IMG/VR virus record: IMGVR_UViG_3300037467_001770
Span: 1 to 42,926 of that record
DNA length: 42,926 nt
Direction: 5' to 3' (one strand)
Source: a virus
Taxonomy: Duplodnaviria; Caudoviricetes
How positions within the stretch are numbered: position 1 is the stretch's first letter; every line of letters starts with the position of its first letter. The notes beneath the pieces were generated by a model. That model was not told the DNA's origin. It saw nothing but the letters and a program-made list of their open reading frames with translations, and made no database searches. A program made the translations under genes and the position numbers. Below are positions 7,904 to 17,089 of this stretch, piece by piece.

Positions 7904-8137
7904 TCAGATGACTTTGTCGGGGGCTTTGCGGCGGTCGGGGCCGGCGCGGCGGTCGGGGCCGCGCTTCTTCAGTTCGCTCAGGAACAGGTCGGGGCGAGAA
8001 GCGGCGAAGAACTTCATCCACGAGACAGGGATGCGCCCGGATGTCGCCCACTGAGAAATGCGGCCTTTGGAAAGCCCAGTCATCTCCATGACCTTCTTCC
8101 TACCGCCCAGAGCATTGATGATGTTTTCACAGTCCAT
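7904..8137 (-). CDS. cro: Cro-like repressor with GPDRR-repeat tail
   Basis: IINALGG...V....GLSKGRISQW...G.IP; divergent from cI. Confidence 0.85.
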   Translation of the reverse strand: MDCENIINALGGRKKVMEMTGLSKGRISQWATSGRIPVSWMKFFAASRPDLFLSELKKRGPDRRAGPDRRKAPDKVI

Positions 8138-8142
8138 GGCTA

Positions 8143-8207
8143 AGTATAGTGTTCTAAACCGCCGCGAGTCAAGCACTCTAAACCATCGAAAGTTTAGATT
8201 CCTAGAC
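8143..8207. promoter_or_regulatory. OR operator region (three 16-bp operators) with PR and PRM
   Basis: GTATAG-N4-CTAAAC 8144-8159, GTCAAG-N4-CTAAAC 8168-8183, GTTTAG-N4-CTAGAC 8192-8207 (24-bp pitch); PR on minus strand TTGACT-18-TATACT; PRM -10 TAGATT at 8195-8200. Confidence 0.85.
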
Positions 8208-8621
8208 ATGAAGAATCTGCAAGAACGATTGCGTGAAGTGCTGGAGGCCGGCTATACCCAGAAAAACTTAGCCACGGCGAGCGGCCTGACGAAGGCCGCC
8301 ATTAACCAGATGCTTTCTGGCGCAATCAAGTCCATAAAGCTAGAGAACGCCCAGGGCATCGAGCTGCTCACCGGGTTCCGGGCTGAATGGGTCGTCACGG
8401 GAAAAGGCGAACAGCGCGGAGGGCTGGCGCGTCGTGTCACGCCACCCGAAGAGACTGTCGAGCAAGCTGACGAACGAATTGCTGCCGCCAGCGCCTTGGA
8501 GGGTGCCGCACTGATACTGTCCGTTTATGCGTCGCTGCCCACAGAAAAGAAGAAGGACCTACTGGGGCTCGTCCGTGATTTTGGTGAGCAATTCGGAGTT
8601 ACGAAGAGGACCAGCCTCTGA
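8208..8621 (+). CDS. cI: CI-like XRE repressor lacking the S24 autopeptidase domain
   Basis: LQERL......TQ.NLA...GLTKAAINQ...G...W...GKG; 137 aa with short helical CTD; no SD, probably leaderless. Confidence 0.85.
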   Translation: MKNLQERLREVLEAGYTQKNLATASGLTKAAINQMLSGAIKSIKLENAQGIELLTGFRAEWVVTGKGEQRGGLARRVTPPEETVEQADERIAAASALEGAALILSVYASLPTEKKKDLLGLVRDFGEQFGVTKRTSL

Positions 8622-8741
8622 GCGGCCCGACAGGATCAACCGCCGGGCTCGCGAAGTGAGGGAGTTGTAGTAGAAGTCTCTCATTTCCGGCTCGACCACC
8701 CGAAACGCTTCGACGAGGATTTTTTCTTGCTGACTAAGCAT
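8559..8741 (-). CDS. Putative SOS-induced antirepressor (60 aa)
   Basis: SD-like GGAG/GGGA before ATG 8741; downstream of a LexA-boxed promoter; overlaps the cI 3' end convergently. Confidence 0.6.
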   Translation of the reverse strand: MLSQQEKILVEAFRVVEPEMRDFYYNSLTSRARRLILSGRSEAGPLRNSELLTKITDEPQ

Positions 8742-8829
8742 TTGCTGTCCCACTCCGATTTCTTTTTATCATCAGACCAGTGCTGTGGTTCATGGGAGGT
8801 ACGATGCCACCCTGTCGGGGAACAGAACA

Positions 8830-8873
8830 CTGTATGCGCATCCAGTATAACCAGAATGCAAAAGCTGACGCAA
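8830..8873 (-). promoter_or_regulatory. SOS (LexA) box overlapping a sigma70 promoter
   Basis: CTGT-ATGCGCAT-CCAG at 8830-8845; minus-strand TTGCGT-18-TATACT, with the -10 overlapping the box. Confidence 0.8.
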
Positions 8874-9238
8874 TGCTGAAGAAATTTCAAACAGTCTCGA
8901 TTGTTTCTTGCCTATTCGTCATGGGCTGTGCGACTCCGCAGTCACTTCGGCAGGAGATCACGCCCTCCGCCTACACCAGCTCCCGCGGCTCGAAAGAAGT
9001 GGCTATCTGCATCGCAGACGGTTTCGAGGCCGGCGGGTATGCGGCGCCCGTAAACATGCGCCCCACCAGGGAAGGCTACGCGCTCACAGTCGCAACCGGG
9101 TCAAGCGCGGCAGGCGTGCTGGTCGACGTATTGGATGTTCCATCCGGCTCCAAGACGAACTATTACGTCGGCCCAATGATCGTTACGCCGGGTATGAGTA
9201 AGACAGTAAGCGAGTGCCAGCAGGGATCCGCAAGGTGA
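8873..9238 (+). CDS. Lipoprotein moron (possible superinfection exclusion)
   Basis: MLKK + hydrophobic stretch + VMG-C lipobox; between cI and PL. Confidence 0.75.
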   Translation: MLKKFQTVSIVSCLFVMGCATPQSLRQEITPSAYTSSRGSKEVAICIADGFEAGGYAAPVNMRPTREGYALTVATGSSAAGVLVDVLDVPSGSKTNYYVGPMIVTPGMSKTVSECQQGSAR

Positions 9239-9267
9239 CGACAACCCGAAGGACGAGAAAAACAAGC

Positions 9268-9648
9268 ATGGAATCTCACCAAAAAACAGTAACTGCACTC
9301 CGCGCTGCAGTGTCGACGTCAATCGCATTTACAGCCCTTTTCCTAACCGGACTGCAGCCCGCTTTAGCCGGAATGGAAATGCCGTGTCCCAAGATGGAAT
9401 ACGCTCGCTTGAAGGACATGAGTCGGAAGGAGTTGATGTCCGAGTTTTGTGCAGCAAAAGACAAAGCTGACCTCAATTTCAAACTGCAAAAGATTTCGGA
9501 TGATGAGTACGACAGAACCATGAGCCGGTCAGCAAGGAATTCCTCTGAGGCGCGCGGAGACGCTCGGGTGTCCTGCATCGCTCACCAGGAGGAAGTCGCC
9601 CGCATGCTCAAGAAGAAGTTCAAAGCTCCAGAGCCGAACTGCCCATAA
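9268..9648 (+). CDS. Secreted/periplasmic Cys-containing protein moron
   Basis: Signal peptide ending ALA; four Cys; followed by a terminator. Confidence 0.65.
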   Translation: MESHQKTVTALRAAVSTSIAFTALFLTGLQPALAGMEMPCPKMEYARLKDMSRKELMSEFCAAKDKADLNFKLQKISDDEYDRTMSRSARNSSEARGDARVSCIAHQEEVARMLKKKFKAPEPNCP

Positions 9649-9683
9649 CGAGAGCGAAGCCGGGCCCAAGCGGCCCGCTTCAT

Positions 9684-9708
9684 ATCCCGCTTCGGCGGGA
9701 TTTTTTTT
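9684..9708 (+). terminator. Intrinsic terminator
   Basis: AUCCCGC-UUCG-GCGGGAU followed by a long U-run. Confidence 0.9.
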
Positions 9709-9716
9709 GCCCCGTG

Positions 9717-9757
9717 GTTTAGAGTTCTTGACTATCCGTAGTTTAGTCTTCTATACT
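9717..9757 (+). promoter_or_regulatory. OL operators and PL promoter
   Basis: GTTTAG-N4-CTTGAC 9717-9732 and GTTTAG-N4-CTATAC 9741-9756; TTGACT-18-TATACT. Confidence 0.85.
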
Positions 9758-9801
9758 TCCCTTAACCCGGCACCAATACCGGGACGTCAAGGGGAAGAGG
9801 G

Positions 9802-10023
9802 ATGGCAAACGAACAGCAGCAGCGCCCGGCCGCCAGGCGCTCCAGCAAGAATGAATGGCTGAACAGGATCAGCCGCTCCGTCGAGTACGCGTCCGGAGAG
9901 CGCGACGCCGATTCAGCCGCGCGTTGTTTTGTGGCTCATTTTTCTGGCGCTATCGACGACATTGACGAGGTACTGTCCGAGCGATTGTTCGCGCCGATTC
10001 AGAAAGAGGCGGTCGAAAAATGA
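9802..10023 (+). CDS. First PL-operon protein, unknown function
   Basis: Purine-rich SD; Arg-rich N-terminal segment. Confidence 0.7.
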   Translation: MANEQQQRPAARRSSKNEWLNRISRSVEYASGERDADSAARCFVAHFSGAIDDIDEVLSERLFAPIQKEAVEK

Positions 10024-10277
10024 CCACCGCCATCAACCACGGCCGCGAGTTGGCCGAAGCCGTTGACCGCGACGGCTTCCAATACACGCCCGAGCAACAG
10101 GAGCGCGACGAACTGCGCCGCGAATACGCGCCTCGTCGCCGGCCGGCGCGTGAAGATGCCGACGAGTCGCTCGACCCGATCCGCGCCCTACTCTTCTTCC
10201 CTATCCCTATGCCGCTGGTGTGGGTGCTGCTGGTCGCCCTGTACGGCCTGGCCGGTGTGCTGGGGGTGATGCCGTGA
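10020..10277 (+). CDS. Small membrane protein
   Basis: C-terminal hydrophobic helix; coupled overlap. Confidence 0.65.
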   Translation: MTTAINHGRELAEAVDRDGFQYTPEQQERDELRREYAPRRRPAREDADESLDPIRALLFFPIPMPLVWVLLVALYGLAGVLGVMP

Positions 10278-10723
10278 GCCTGCCCTACGAAAACGCCACC
10301 AGTGGCGACCGCGCGGTCAAGGACATGCAGAAGCTGCTGCAGGAGTTCGGATGCGGCAGCTTCGGACAGATGATGAACTTCGAGACGGGTGAGCTGCTTG
10401 TCCAATTCACCTACCGCGACCGCCAAGTATCGGTGAAGGCCAGCGCCACTGGATACGCGGCAGCATGGCTGCGGAAGCACCCCTACAGCACACGCATGCG
10501 CGGCACTCGCCAACAGCATGAGGCGAAGGCAAAGCAAATCGGCTGCGTGGCGGTCTATTCCATTCTGCGCGACTGGATCAAGGGGCAGATAACCGCTGTT
10601 GAGACTGGAATCCTATCCTTCGAAGGCGCTTTCCTTGGCCAGATCATGCTGCCAACCGGGAAGACCGTTCTCGAACAGGCGCAGGCCAGCGGCATGCTGG
10701 CGCTGCCGGGAGCCCAGCCATGA
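10274..10723 (+). CDS. Conserved phage hypothetical protein
   Basis: GTG start 10274; SILRDWIKGQ.TAVETG.LSFEGAFLGQI. Confidence 0.75.
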   Translation: MSLPYENATSGDRAVKDMQKLLQEFGCGSFGQMMNFETGELLVQFTYRDRQVSVKASATGYAAAWLRKHPYSTRMRGTRQQHEAKAKQIGCVAVYSILRDWIKGQITAVETGILSFEGAFLGQIMLPTGKTVLEQAQASGMLALPGAQP

Positions 10724-10929
10724 CGACCACCGTCCGCATCCGCCTGCCAGAACTGCTCTGCCTGTCCCTTCGCGGGCCTTGCCGGGCCATCCGCAACTGG
10801 TATCTGACCAGGGCGGAGAACCATTACCTCATCTGTGCCGACGTCGAGGCCAAGCGCGCGCGCGAGGCCCAGCAGAACGTCGCCTGGTATCAAAAGCGCG
10901 CCGCTATGGCGCGGTCCCAACGCATCTAA
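10720..10929 (+). CDS. Hypothetical protein
   Basis: Coupled ORF with SD GGGAG. Confidence 0.65.
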   Translation: MTTTVRIRLPELLCLSLRGPCRAIRNWYLTRAENHYLICADVEAKRAREAQQNVAWYQKRAAMARSQRI

Positions 10930-10944
10930 GCCCTGGAGAAGAAA

Positions 10945-12018
10945 TTGAACGATCAAGTCGCATCCAATGCGCTCGCCGTCCGCCAAGAATTTGGCGGCAC
11001 CAGCACCACCTTGGCAGTACAGGAAACCGCCTCCGCCGCCGTCGCCGCCCAGGCGCGTGCAATGGTCGAATCGCGCTATGTCATGGCGATGCGCCAGCCG
11101 CGCAACTGGGATCAGGTGCGGCAAGACCTCATCAAGGAATGCCGCCGGCCGTCCTTTGCCCACAACAAGAGCGCCTACTACCGCAAGCCGATCGGCCAGG
11201 GTGTTGAAGGCCTGGGCATTCGCTTTGTGGAAGTCGCGCTGCGCTGCATGAAGAACGTCCTGGTCGAGACGACCATGATCTTCGAAGACGAGGCGAAAGA
11301 GGTCCACCGCGTCAGCGTGACCGACTTAGAATCGAATCTCACTTATCCGCTGGATGTACGCGTTTCGAAGACGGTTGAGCGGTCGAAGCCCATGGACGAC
11401 GGCACGTTCATTTCGATGCGCAAGAACAGCTACAACAAGCCGGTCTACACCGTGCCGGCGAACGATGACGACCTGCTGAACAAGCGCGCGGCGTTGATCT
11501 CCAAGGCGATCCGGACGCTGGGCCTGCGCATCATCCCGGGCGACATGCAGGACGAAGCCGAGGACATCATCAAGGCTGTGCGCCTGGATGAAGCAGCGCG
11601 CGATCCAGACGCCGAGCGCAAGAAGATTGCCGACGCCTTCGCCGGCATCGGTGTCAAAGCGGCCGACCTGGTTGAATATCTGGGCCACGCGCTGGATGCA
11701 TGCTCCCCCACCGAGCTGGTCGACCTCCGCGGCATCTACGGCGCCATCAAGGATGGCGAATCCACTTGGAAATCGGTCATGGAGAACAAGGCCGAGCAGG
11801 CGGGCGCCGGAAAGGGCGAAGGCGGCGAAAAGAAAGCCCTGCCGGCCTGCACCGATGAAGTATTCGAGAAGAAAAAAGCCGGCTGGAAAGCGACCATCGA
11901 AGGAGGTAAGAAGACGGTCAATGACCTGATCGCCACCATCGAAACCAAGGAACTGCTTACCGCTGATCAGAAGGTGGAGATTGCGTCCTGGGCCAAGCCG
12001 GCAGAGGCGCAACAATGA
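10945..12018 (+). CDS. Putative single-strand annealing protein (partner of the YqaJ exonuclease)
   Basis: TTG start with SD GGAG; directly upstream of and coupled to the YqaJ gene; function inferred from position. Confidence 0.55.
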   Translation: MNDQVASNALAVRQEFGGTSTTLAVQETASAAVAAQARAMVESRYVMAMRQPRNWDQVRQDLIKECRRPSFAHNKSAYYRKPIGQGVEGLGIRFVEVALRCMKNVLVETTMIFEDEAKEVHRVSVTDLESNLTYPLDVRVSKTVERSKPMDDGTFISMRKNSYNKPVYTVPANDDDLLNKRAALISKAIRTLGLRIIPGDMQDEAEDIIKAVRLDEAARDPDAERKKIADAFAGIGVKAADLVEYLGHALDACSPTELVDLRGIYGAIKDGESTWKSVMENKAEQAGAGKGEGGEKKALPACTDEVFEKKKAGWKATIEGGKKTVNDLIATIETKELLTADQKVEIASWAKPAEAQQ

Positions 12019-13589
12019 GCCGCGTCATCCACGACCTCCAGCAAGGCAGCGAAGCCTGGAATGCGTTCCGCCTGACCCACTTCGGCGCCAGCGAGGCGGC
12101 CGCAATGCTGGGCCTGTCGCGCAAGGTGAAACGGAACGAACTGCTACACATGAAGGCCACCGGCACGCCGAAGGAATTCAGCGACTGGGTGCAGGAACAC
12201 GTCCTGGACAAGGGCCATGAAGTGGAAGCGCTTGCCCGGCCCAACGCCGAAACCATCGCCGAAGATGATTTCTATCCGGTGACCTGCTCTGATGGCCTGA
12301 TTTCCGCTTCCTGCGATGGCCTGAACATGGCCGAAACCATCGGCTTCGAACATAAGCAGTGGAACGAGGAATATGCCGAGCTGGTCCGCCAGAGCATCGT
12401 TCCGGAAGAGCACATGCCGCAGTGCCAGCAGTGCCTGATGGTGACCGGCGCCGAGAAGTGGCTGTTCATGATCTCGGACGGCACGAAGGAGCGCTGTGTC
12501 TGGACATGGGTCACTCCCGATCCGGAATGGTTCGCCCGCATTCGTGCCGGCTGGGCGCAGTTCGAAAAGGACCTGACAACCTATCAGCCACGCGAACTGG
12601 CCGAGAAGCCCAAGGCCGAGCCGATCATGGCCCTGCCGGCGCTGAACATCCAGATCCGCGGGGAAGTCACCGCAAGCAACCTGGTCGCCTACCGGGACGC
12701 CGCCGAGCGATTCATCGAGCAGATCAAGACGGACCTGCAGACGGATGAAGATTTCGCCCAGGCCGAAGCCACGGTCAAGTTCTGCGACGAGTCGGAGAAG
12801 AAGCTGCAACTCGCCAAGGACCAGGCGCTTTCCCAAACCGCTAGCATCGACGAACTGCTGCGCACCATAGACCACATCAAGGAAGCCATGCGCCGCAAGC
12901 GCCTGGACCTCTCCAAGCTGGTCGAGGACAAGAAGAAGTCGATCAAGGAAAAGATCGTCAGCGACGCGCGCGCCGCGTTCGCTGCTCACCTGGCCGCACT
13001 GGAAAAGGAAATCGCGCCTCTGCGCCTGTCGGTGCAGAACCAGCCTGATTTCATCGGCGCCGCCAAGAACAAGCGGACGCTGGCCAGCCTGCACGATGCG
13101 GTGGACACCTGCCTGGCCAACGCGAAGATCGCTGTCGATGCCGACGCCAAAGCCGTGCGCGGCCGGCTGACCTGGTATCGGGAGCATGCCGCCGGTTTCG
13201 AATTCCTGTTCGCCGACCTGCAGCAGCTGATCGGCAAGGCCGACGAAGACTTCATGATGGCGGTGAACAACCGCATCACTGTGCACAAGCAGTCTGAGGC
13301 AGACAAGGAAACGGCGCGCGCGAAGGAAATGACAGAGCAGGCCAAGAGCGCCGGATTGGCCGTTGGCGGCCCGGTGCCGCCATCGCCGCCCTATGCGGTC
13401 GACGGATCCACGGCCCCTGACTTCTTCCCGGTACCCGCGAAGCCAGCCGCCAAGCGCGGCATTCCCAGCGCCGCCGCAATCGTGTCGGCCCTGGCCTCTT
13501 ACTACAGCGTCAGCGAAGCGACTGCCCGCGAATGGCTGTGCGCGTATGACTTCGCCCAGCTTAGCCAACCGGCTGCAGCGGCGGCCTGA
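12015..13589 (+). CDS. YqaJ-like (lambda-exo family) exonuclease with long coiled-coil extension
   Basis: QGS..W...R.....ASEA, GH..E..AR, SAS.DG, FEHK, QCQQ motifs. Confidence 0.88.
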   Translation: MSRVIHDLQQGSEAWNAFRLTHFGASEAAAMLGLSRKVKRNELLHMKATGTPKEFSDWVQEHVLDKGHEVEALARPNAETIAEDDFYPVTCSDGLISASCDGLNMAETIGFEHKQWNEEYAELVRQSIVPEEHMPQCQQCLMVTGAEKWLFMISDGTKERCVWTWVTPDPEWFARIRAGWAQFEKDLTTYQPRELAEKPKAEPIMALPALNIQIRGEVTASNLVAYRDAAERFIEQIKTDLQTDEDFAQAEATVKFCDESEKKLQLAKDQALSQTASIDELLRTIDHIKEAMRRKRLDLSKLVEDKKKSIKEKIVSDARAAFAAHLAALEKEIAPLRLSVQNQPDFIGAAKNKRTLASLHDAVDTCLANAKIAVDADAKAVRGRLTWYREHAAGFEFLFADLQQLIGKADEDFMMAVNNRITVHKQSEADKETARAKEMTEQAKSAGLAVGGPVPPSPPYAVDGSTAPDFFPVPAKPAAKRGIPSAAAIVSALASYYSVSEATAREWLCAYDFAQLSQPAAAAA

Positions 13590-13612
13590 TCAATCTACCA
13601 GGGAGAACAGAC

Positions 13613-14548
13613 ATGTGGTTCAAGAATCTTCAGGTGTACCGCTTGCCCGCCCGCTGGGCGATGACCGCAGCAGGTCTGGAAGCCGCGTTACAGCCGCAGC
13701 GCTTCGCGCCCTGCGGCAGTCTGGATGCCGGGAGCATGGGATGGGTCGCGCCACGTCCGCATGGCGGCCTGGTGCATGCCGTCGATAAGCAGATGCTGCT
13801 GTTGCTCGGCCGGGAGAAAAGGCTTCTGCCGACCTCCGTTATCAACCAGGTCACGAAAGAACGTGCCGCCGAGCTGGAAGAGCAGCAGGGATTCCGCGTC
13901 GGCCGCAAGCAGATGAAGGAACTGAAGGAGCAGGTTGCCGATGAACTGCGGCCGCGTGCTTTCTCGATTTACAGCAGCACCTTCGTCTGGATTGATCCGA
14001 TCAATGGCTGGCTGGTGGTGGACTCTTCCAGCCCGGGCAAGGCCGAAGACGTCCTCAAGCTCTTGCTGAAGGCGGTCGACAAGTTTCCGGTCCAGACCCT
14101 CCATGTGAAGCAATCGCCGCGTGCGGCCATGACTGAATGGCTCGCCTCCGATGAGGCTCCGGGCGGCTTCACGGTCGACCAGGACACGGAATTGCAGTCT
14201 GCCGGCGAAGGCCGCGCCACCGTGCGCTACCTGCGCCATAGCCTGGAAGCGGAAGACCTGCGCCGCCACATCGCCGCCGGTAAGCAATGCACGCGGCTGG
14301 CCATGACCTGGGCGGATCGCGTTTCCTTTGTGTTGACCGAAACCTTGGCAATTCGCCGTGTGACGCCGCTGGACGTGCTCAAGGAGCAGGATGGCCAGGT
14401 GCAGGATGAAGACGAGCGCTTCGACGCCGACTTCCTCTTGATGGCCGGCGAATTGGGCAGGCTGCTGGCTGACCTGCTGCAGGCCCTGGGCGGCGAGGAA
14501 AACGATCAATCGGACTGGGTGCAGCAAAATTCCCAGGAGGCGGCATGA
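13613..14548 (+). CDS. rdgC: Recombination-associated protein RdgC
   Basis: MWFKNLQ.YRL, GW..P, EK.LLP.SVI, L.PRAF, GK.CTRLA.TW, FDADF.LM.GEL. Confidence 0.95.
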   Translation: MWFKNLQVYRLPARWAMTAAGLEAALQPQRFAPCGSLDAGSMGWVAPRPHGGLVHAVDKQMLLLLGREKRLLPTSVINQVTKERAAELEEQQGFRVGRKQMKELKEQVADELRPRAFSIYSSTFVWIDPINGWLVVDSSSPGKAEDVLKLLLKAVDKFPVQTLHVKQSPRAAMTEWLASDEAPGGFTVDQDTELQSAGEGRATVRYLRHSLEAEDLRRHIAAGKQCTRLAMTWADRVSFVLTETLAIRRVTPLDVLKEQDGQVQDEDERFDADFLLMAGELGRLLADLLQALGGEENDQSDWVQQNSQEAA

Positions 14549-15927
14549 GCGCCCGCCTTCGCGCCTCCCCCGCCCCGGCAGCAGGGGGGATGACCGTACC
14601 AGATGGCTGGCAACTTGTGCCGGTTGAGCGCAGCTACGATATGAGGGCGCACGCCATCCTTGCGTTCAACTCTTGCAAGGGCGACCGCGACGGTGCGCTG
14701 CAAGCAGCTTGGGAAGCCACACTTAGGCATTCATACGCGCCCGCCCCCAGCGCAGACAATGCGCTGCCAGCCGACAGCGATGAGCCGCCCCACTTGACCA
14801 TTGGCGATGCCGCGAAATCGGTCGGCGCTTGGCAGGACAATGACGACGTGAGCGGCTACGTCCACTTCGGTTCGTGGATGGCGGTTCATGCCTTTGTGCA
14901 GAAGATGCAAGCGCCGCTGCTCGCCGCGCTCCGCGATGTTGGCTATTCCAAGCCAGTCACCGCATCGCCCGCGCAAATGCTGAACTTCGTGCAAGGAGTC
15001 GCAAAGGACGCACTCGCCGCCCAGCCAGCCGACAGCGCGGCAGCACCAGCAGCGATACAGCAGTTTCCGGGCGTTTCGCTTCCAGTCGGCCAGATGAGCG
15101 GCGCACCGTGGAACATCCTGGACAAGACCGGCGCGCGGGTCATCATCTGCGGCAGCATCGAGCCGGGCAATACGGAATGGGACACCAATCCCGAACTGGC
15201 GGCAGCGCTGGTCGAAATGATTAACTGCGCCGGCAAGGCATTGGCTGAAGACACGCCCGCGCAGGCAGACCATTCCGCGCAAGCGCAGGGTGAGTGCGAC
15301 GATTGCCAAGACACCGGCCAGGTGTGCGTCGGCATCAGCGGCCAAGCGGAAGACGGCAACGCGCCAGTATTCGAGCGCTGCCCGAGTTGTGGCTATGGCG
15401 ATGAAGCGCAAGCGCAGGCTGACACGCCGGAATTCATGTGCGAGCGGCTGCGCGCCACCAAGCTACGGTTTTGCGCCGAAGCTGCCGACATGATCGAAAA
15501 GCTTGCGGCGCAAGCGCAGGCTGGGGAAGTGGCGTTGCCGGAGCGCGTAAAGGAGTTGATTGAAACTCATGGCTCTCTGAGGTCCGCTGCTCGTGCGCTC
15601 GAAATTGACGCGGGCTACCTGCACCGTCTTGGTTCTGGCGAGAAGCAGAACCCGGACGATGGCTTGCTGGAAAAAATGGGGCTTCGGCGCGTGATCTATT
15701 TCGAGCGCGCCGTCCGCGCCCTTGCGGCTGGCGCTGGCATGCAGGGTCAGGATGCGAAAGACGCGGCAAGGTATCGCTGGCTGCGGGATTGCGTCATACC
15801 GGACGAGGCGCAGGAGTGGATTTGCGCAGGGAAGTTCGATGACTTCGGGGTGGATGGACTCAAGGGCCAGGAACTTGACGCTGCCATCGACAAAGCGGTT
15901 TACGCCACCAGGGAGGCAGGGAAATGA
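14545..15927 (+). CDS. Mosaic multi-module accessory protein (Zn finger and HTH modules)
   Basis: VPDGWQLVP start, CxxC..CxxC module, [31 protein letters not shown]...LDAAID tail. Confidence 0.75.
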   Translation: MSARLRASPAPAAGGMTVPDGWQLVPVERSYDMRAHAILAFNSCKGDRDGALQAAWEATLRHSYAPAPSADNALPADSDEPPHLTIGDAAKSVGAWQDNDDVSGYVHFGSWMAVHAFVQKMQAPLLAALRDVGYSKPVTASPAQMLNFVQGVAKDALAAQPADSAAAPAAIQQFPGVSLPVGQMSGAPWNILDKTGARVIICGSIEPGNTEWDTNPELAAALVEMINCAGKALAEDTPAQADHSAQAQGECDDCQDTGQVCVGISGQAEDGNAPVFERCPSCGYGDEAQAQADTPEFMCERLRATKLRFCAEAADMIEKLAAQAQAGEVALPERVKELIETHGSLRSAARALEIDAGYLHRLGSGEKQNPDDGLLEKMGLRRVIYFERAVRALAAGAGMQGQDAKDAARYRWLRDCVIPDEAQEWICAGKFDDFGVDGLKGQELDAAIDKAVYATREAGK

Positions 15928-16355
15928 GTACCGTGCGACAGCACTTGGGTTTGCTGTGGCTGTTAGGGCGCAAGCTCAGGGCATCAGTGACCAGCAACCC
16001 TCAATACGACCCCGGATGGGCTGCGCAAGCCGCGCTATTTGTCGAAGTACATCTGGACGAACTGATCGAATTGGCGGGCGGTGCCGAGATAGATGAAGCA
16101 TGGCGCGAGCACATATCAGTACTGCCGGATGACTTCCCCGCCCCCGCATCCCCCGCCAATACGGCGGAAGCGACAGGGGAAAGGGAAGCGTTTGAGGCGT
16201 GGGCGCAATCGCGGGGCTACTGGATTGCGCGGAACGAAGGAACGGGAATCTACAAACAGATTTCCACTCACTGCGCATGGGAAGCATGGAAAGCCGCCCG
16301 CGCACTCAAAGACAGGAGCGCCATTGAGCGCCATCTGAACGGGAGCCAGCCATGA
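15924..16355 (+). CDS. Hypothetical accessory protein
   Basis: EREAFEAWA...Y......AWEAWKA module typical of phage accessory genes. Confidence 0.7.
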   Translation: MSTVRQHLGLLWLLGRKLRASVTSNPQYDPGWAAQAALFVEVHLDELIELAGGAEIDEAWREHISVLPDDFPAPASPANTAEATGEREAFEAWAQSRGYWIARNEGTGIYKQISTHCAWEAWKAARALKDRSAIERHLNGSQP

Positions 16356-17089
16356 TCCTGATTCAACTCAGGCAGATATTAGACGCCTTGGAAAGCTGCA
16401 CGCCGGGCGACTACAGCACCGGGCACGTCATTGATCCGAGCTTTGACGAAACTGCCGTCAACGCTGCCATTGCTACAGTCACCTCTGCCATCTCTGAGGC
16501 TGAAGCGGGGGATAAGCCGGTGGCGTACCTCCTGCCGAATGGAAGCATCCATGAGTCCCGCGAGCTGGCTGAAACGTTCGACGGCAGCATTGCGCTCTAC
16601 CGCACCCCTCCCACCCATACAGCAGCGGTGCAAGCAGCGCTGGAAGCGGCAAAGCAGGCAGTGATCAGAACCACGGATGGATGGCGCAATAACGATGCGC
16701 AAGTGGCGCTTGAAGAAGCGATAGCCGCCATCGAGGCTCTGGGGACCAAAGACATAACTCGGACTCATGGCGCGGAGGCGCAAGGAGCAGTTGAGCCAAC
16801 TCCGATGAAGGAAACTAAGATCGGCAGGCCAGAGCCCGCCTTTAGGATGGACGCCTATTACTACGGCTTTGAACCGACTGGAATCAAGATCATCGACCTG
16901 ATCTTGTCCGCAGTTGCTTGCGCTGGCAAATCTTTCCACCACACGGAATCATGGGGCGATGACTGTAGTGAGCCCTATCACGACCTGCTGCGCGGGAAGT
17001 CGCCTGTGGACTGGATTCAGAACGCCGCCGACGATGCAGCCGCCGCCATTCGCGCCATCAAGCCAGAAGATGTGCTGGAGGGGAAATGA
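16352..17089 (+). CDS. Hypothetical mosaic accessory protein
   Basis: KPVAY...ALY module; AYYYGF.PTG...ID.ILSAVA.AGK.FHHTE.W module. Confidence 0.7.
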   Translation: MILIQLRQILDALESCTPGDYSTGHVIDPSFDETAVNAAIATVTSAISEAEAGDKPVAYLLPNGSIHESRELAETFDGSIALYRTPPTHTAAVQAALEAAKQAVIRTTDGWRNNDAQVALEEAIAAIEALGTKDITRTHGAEAQGAVEPTPMKETKIGRPEPAFRMDAYYYGFEPTGIKIIDLILSAVACAGKSFHHTESWGDDCSEPYHDLLRGKSPVDWIQNAADDAAAAIRAIKPEDVLEGK

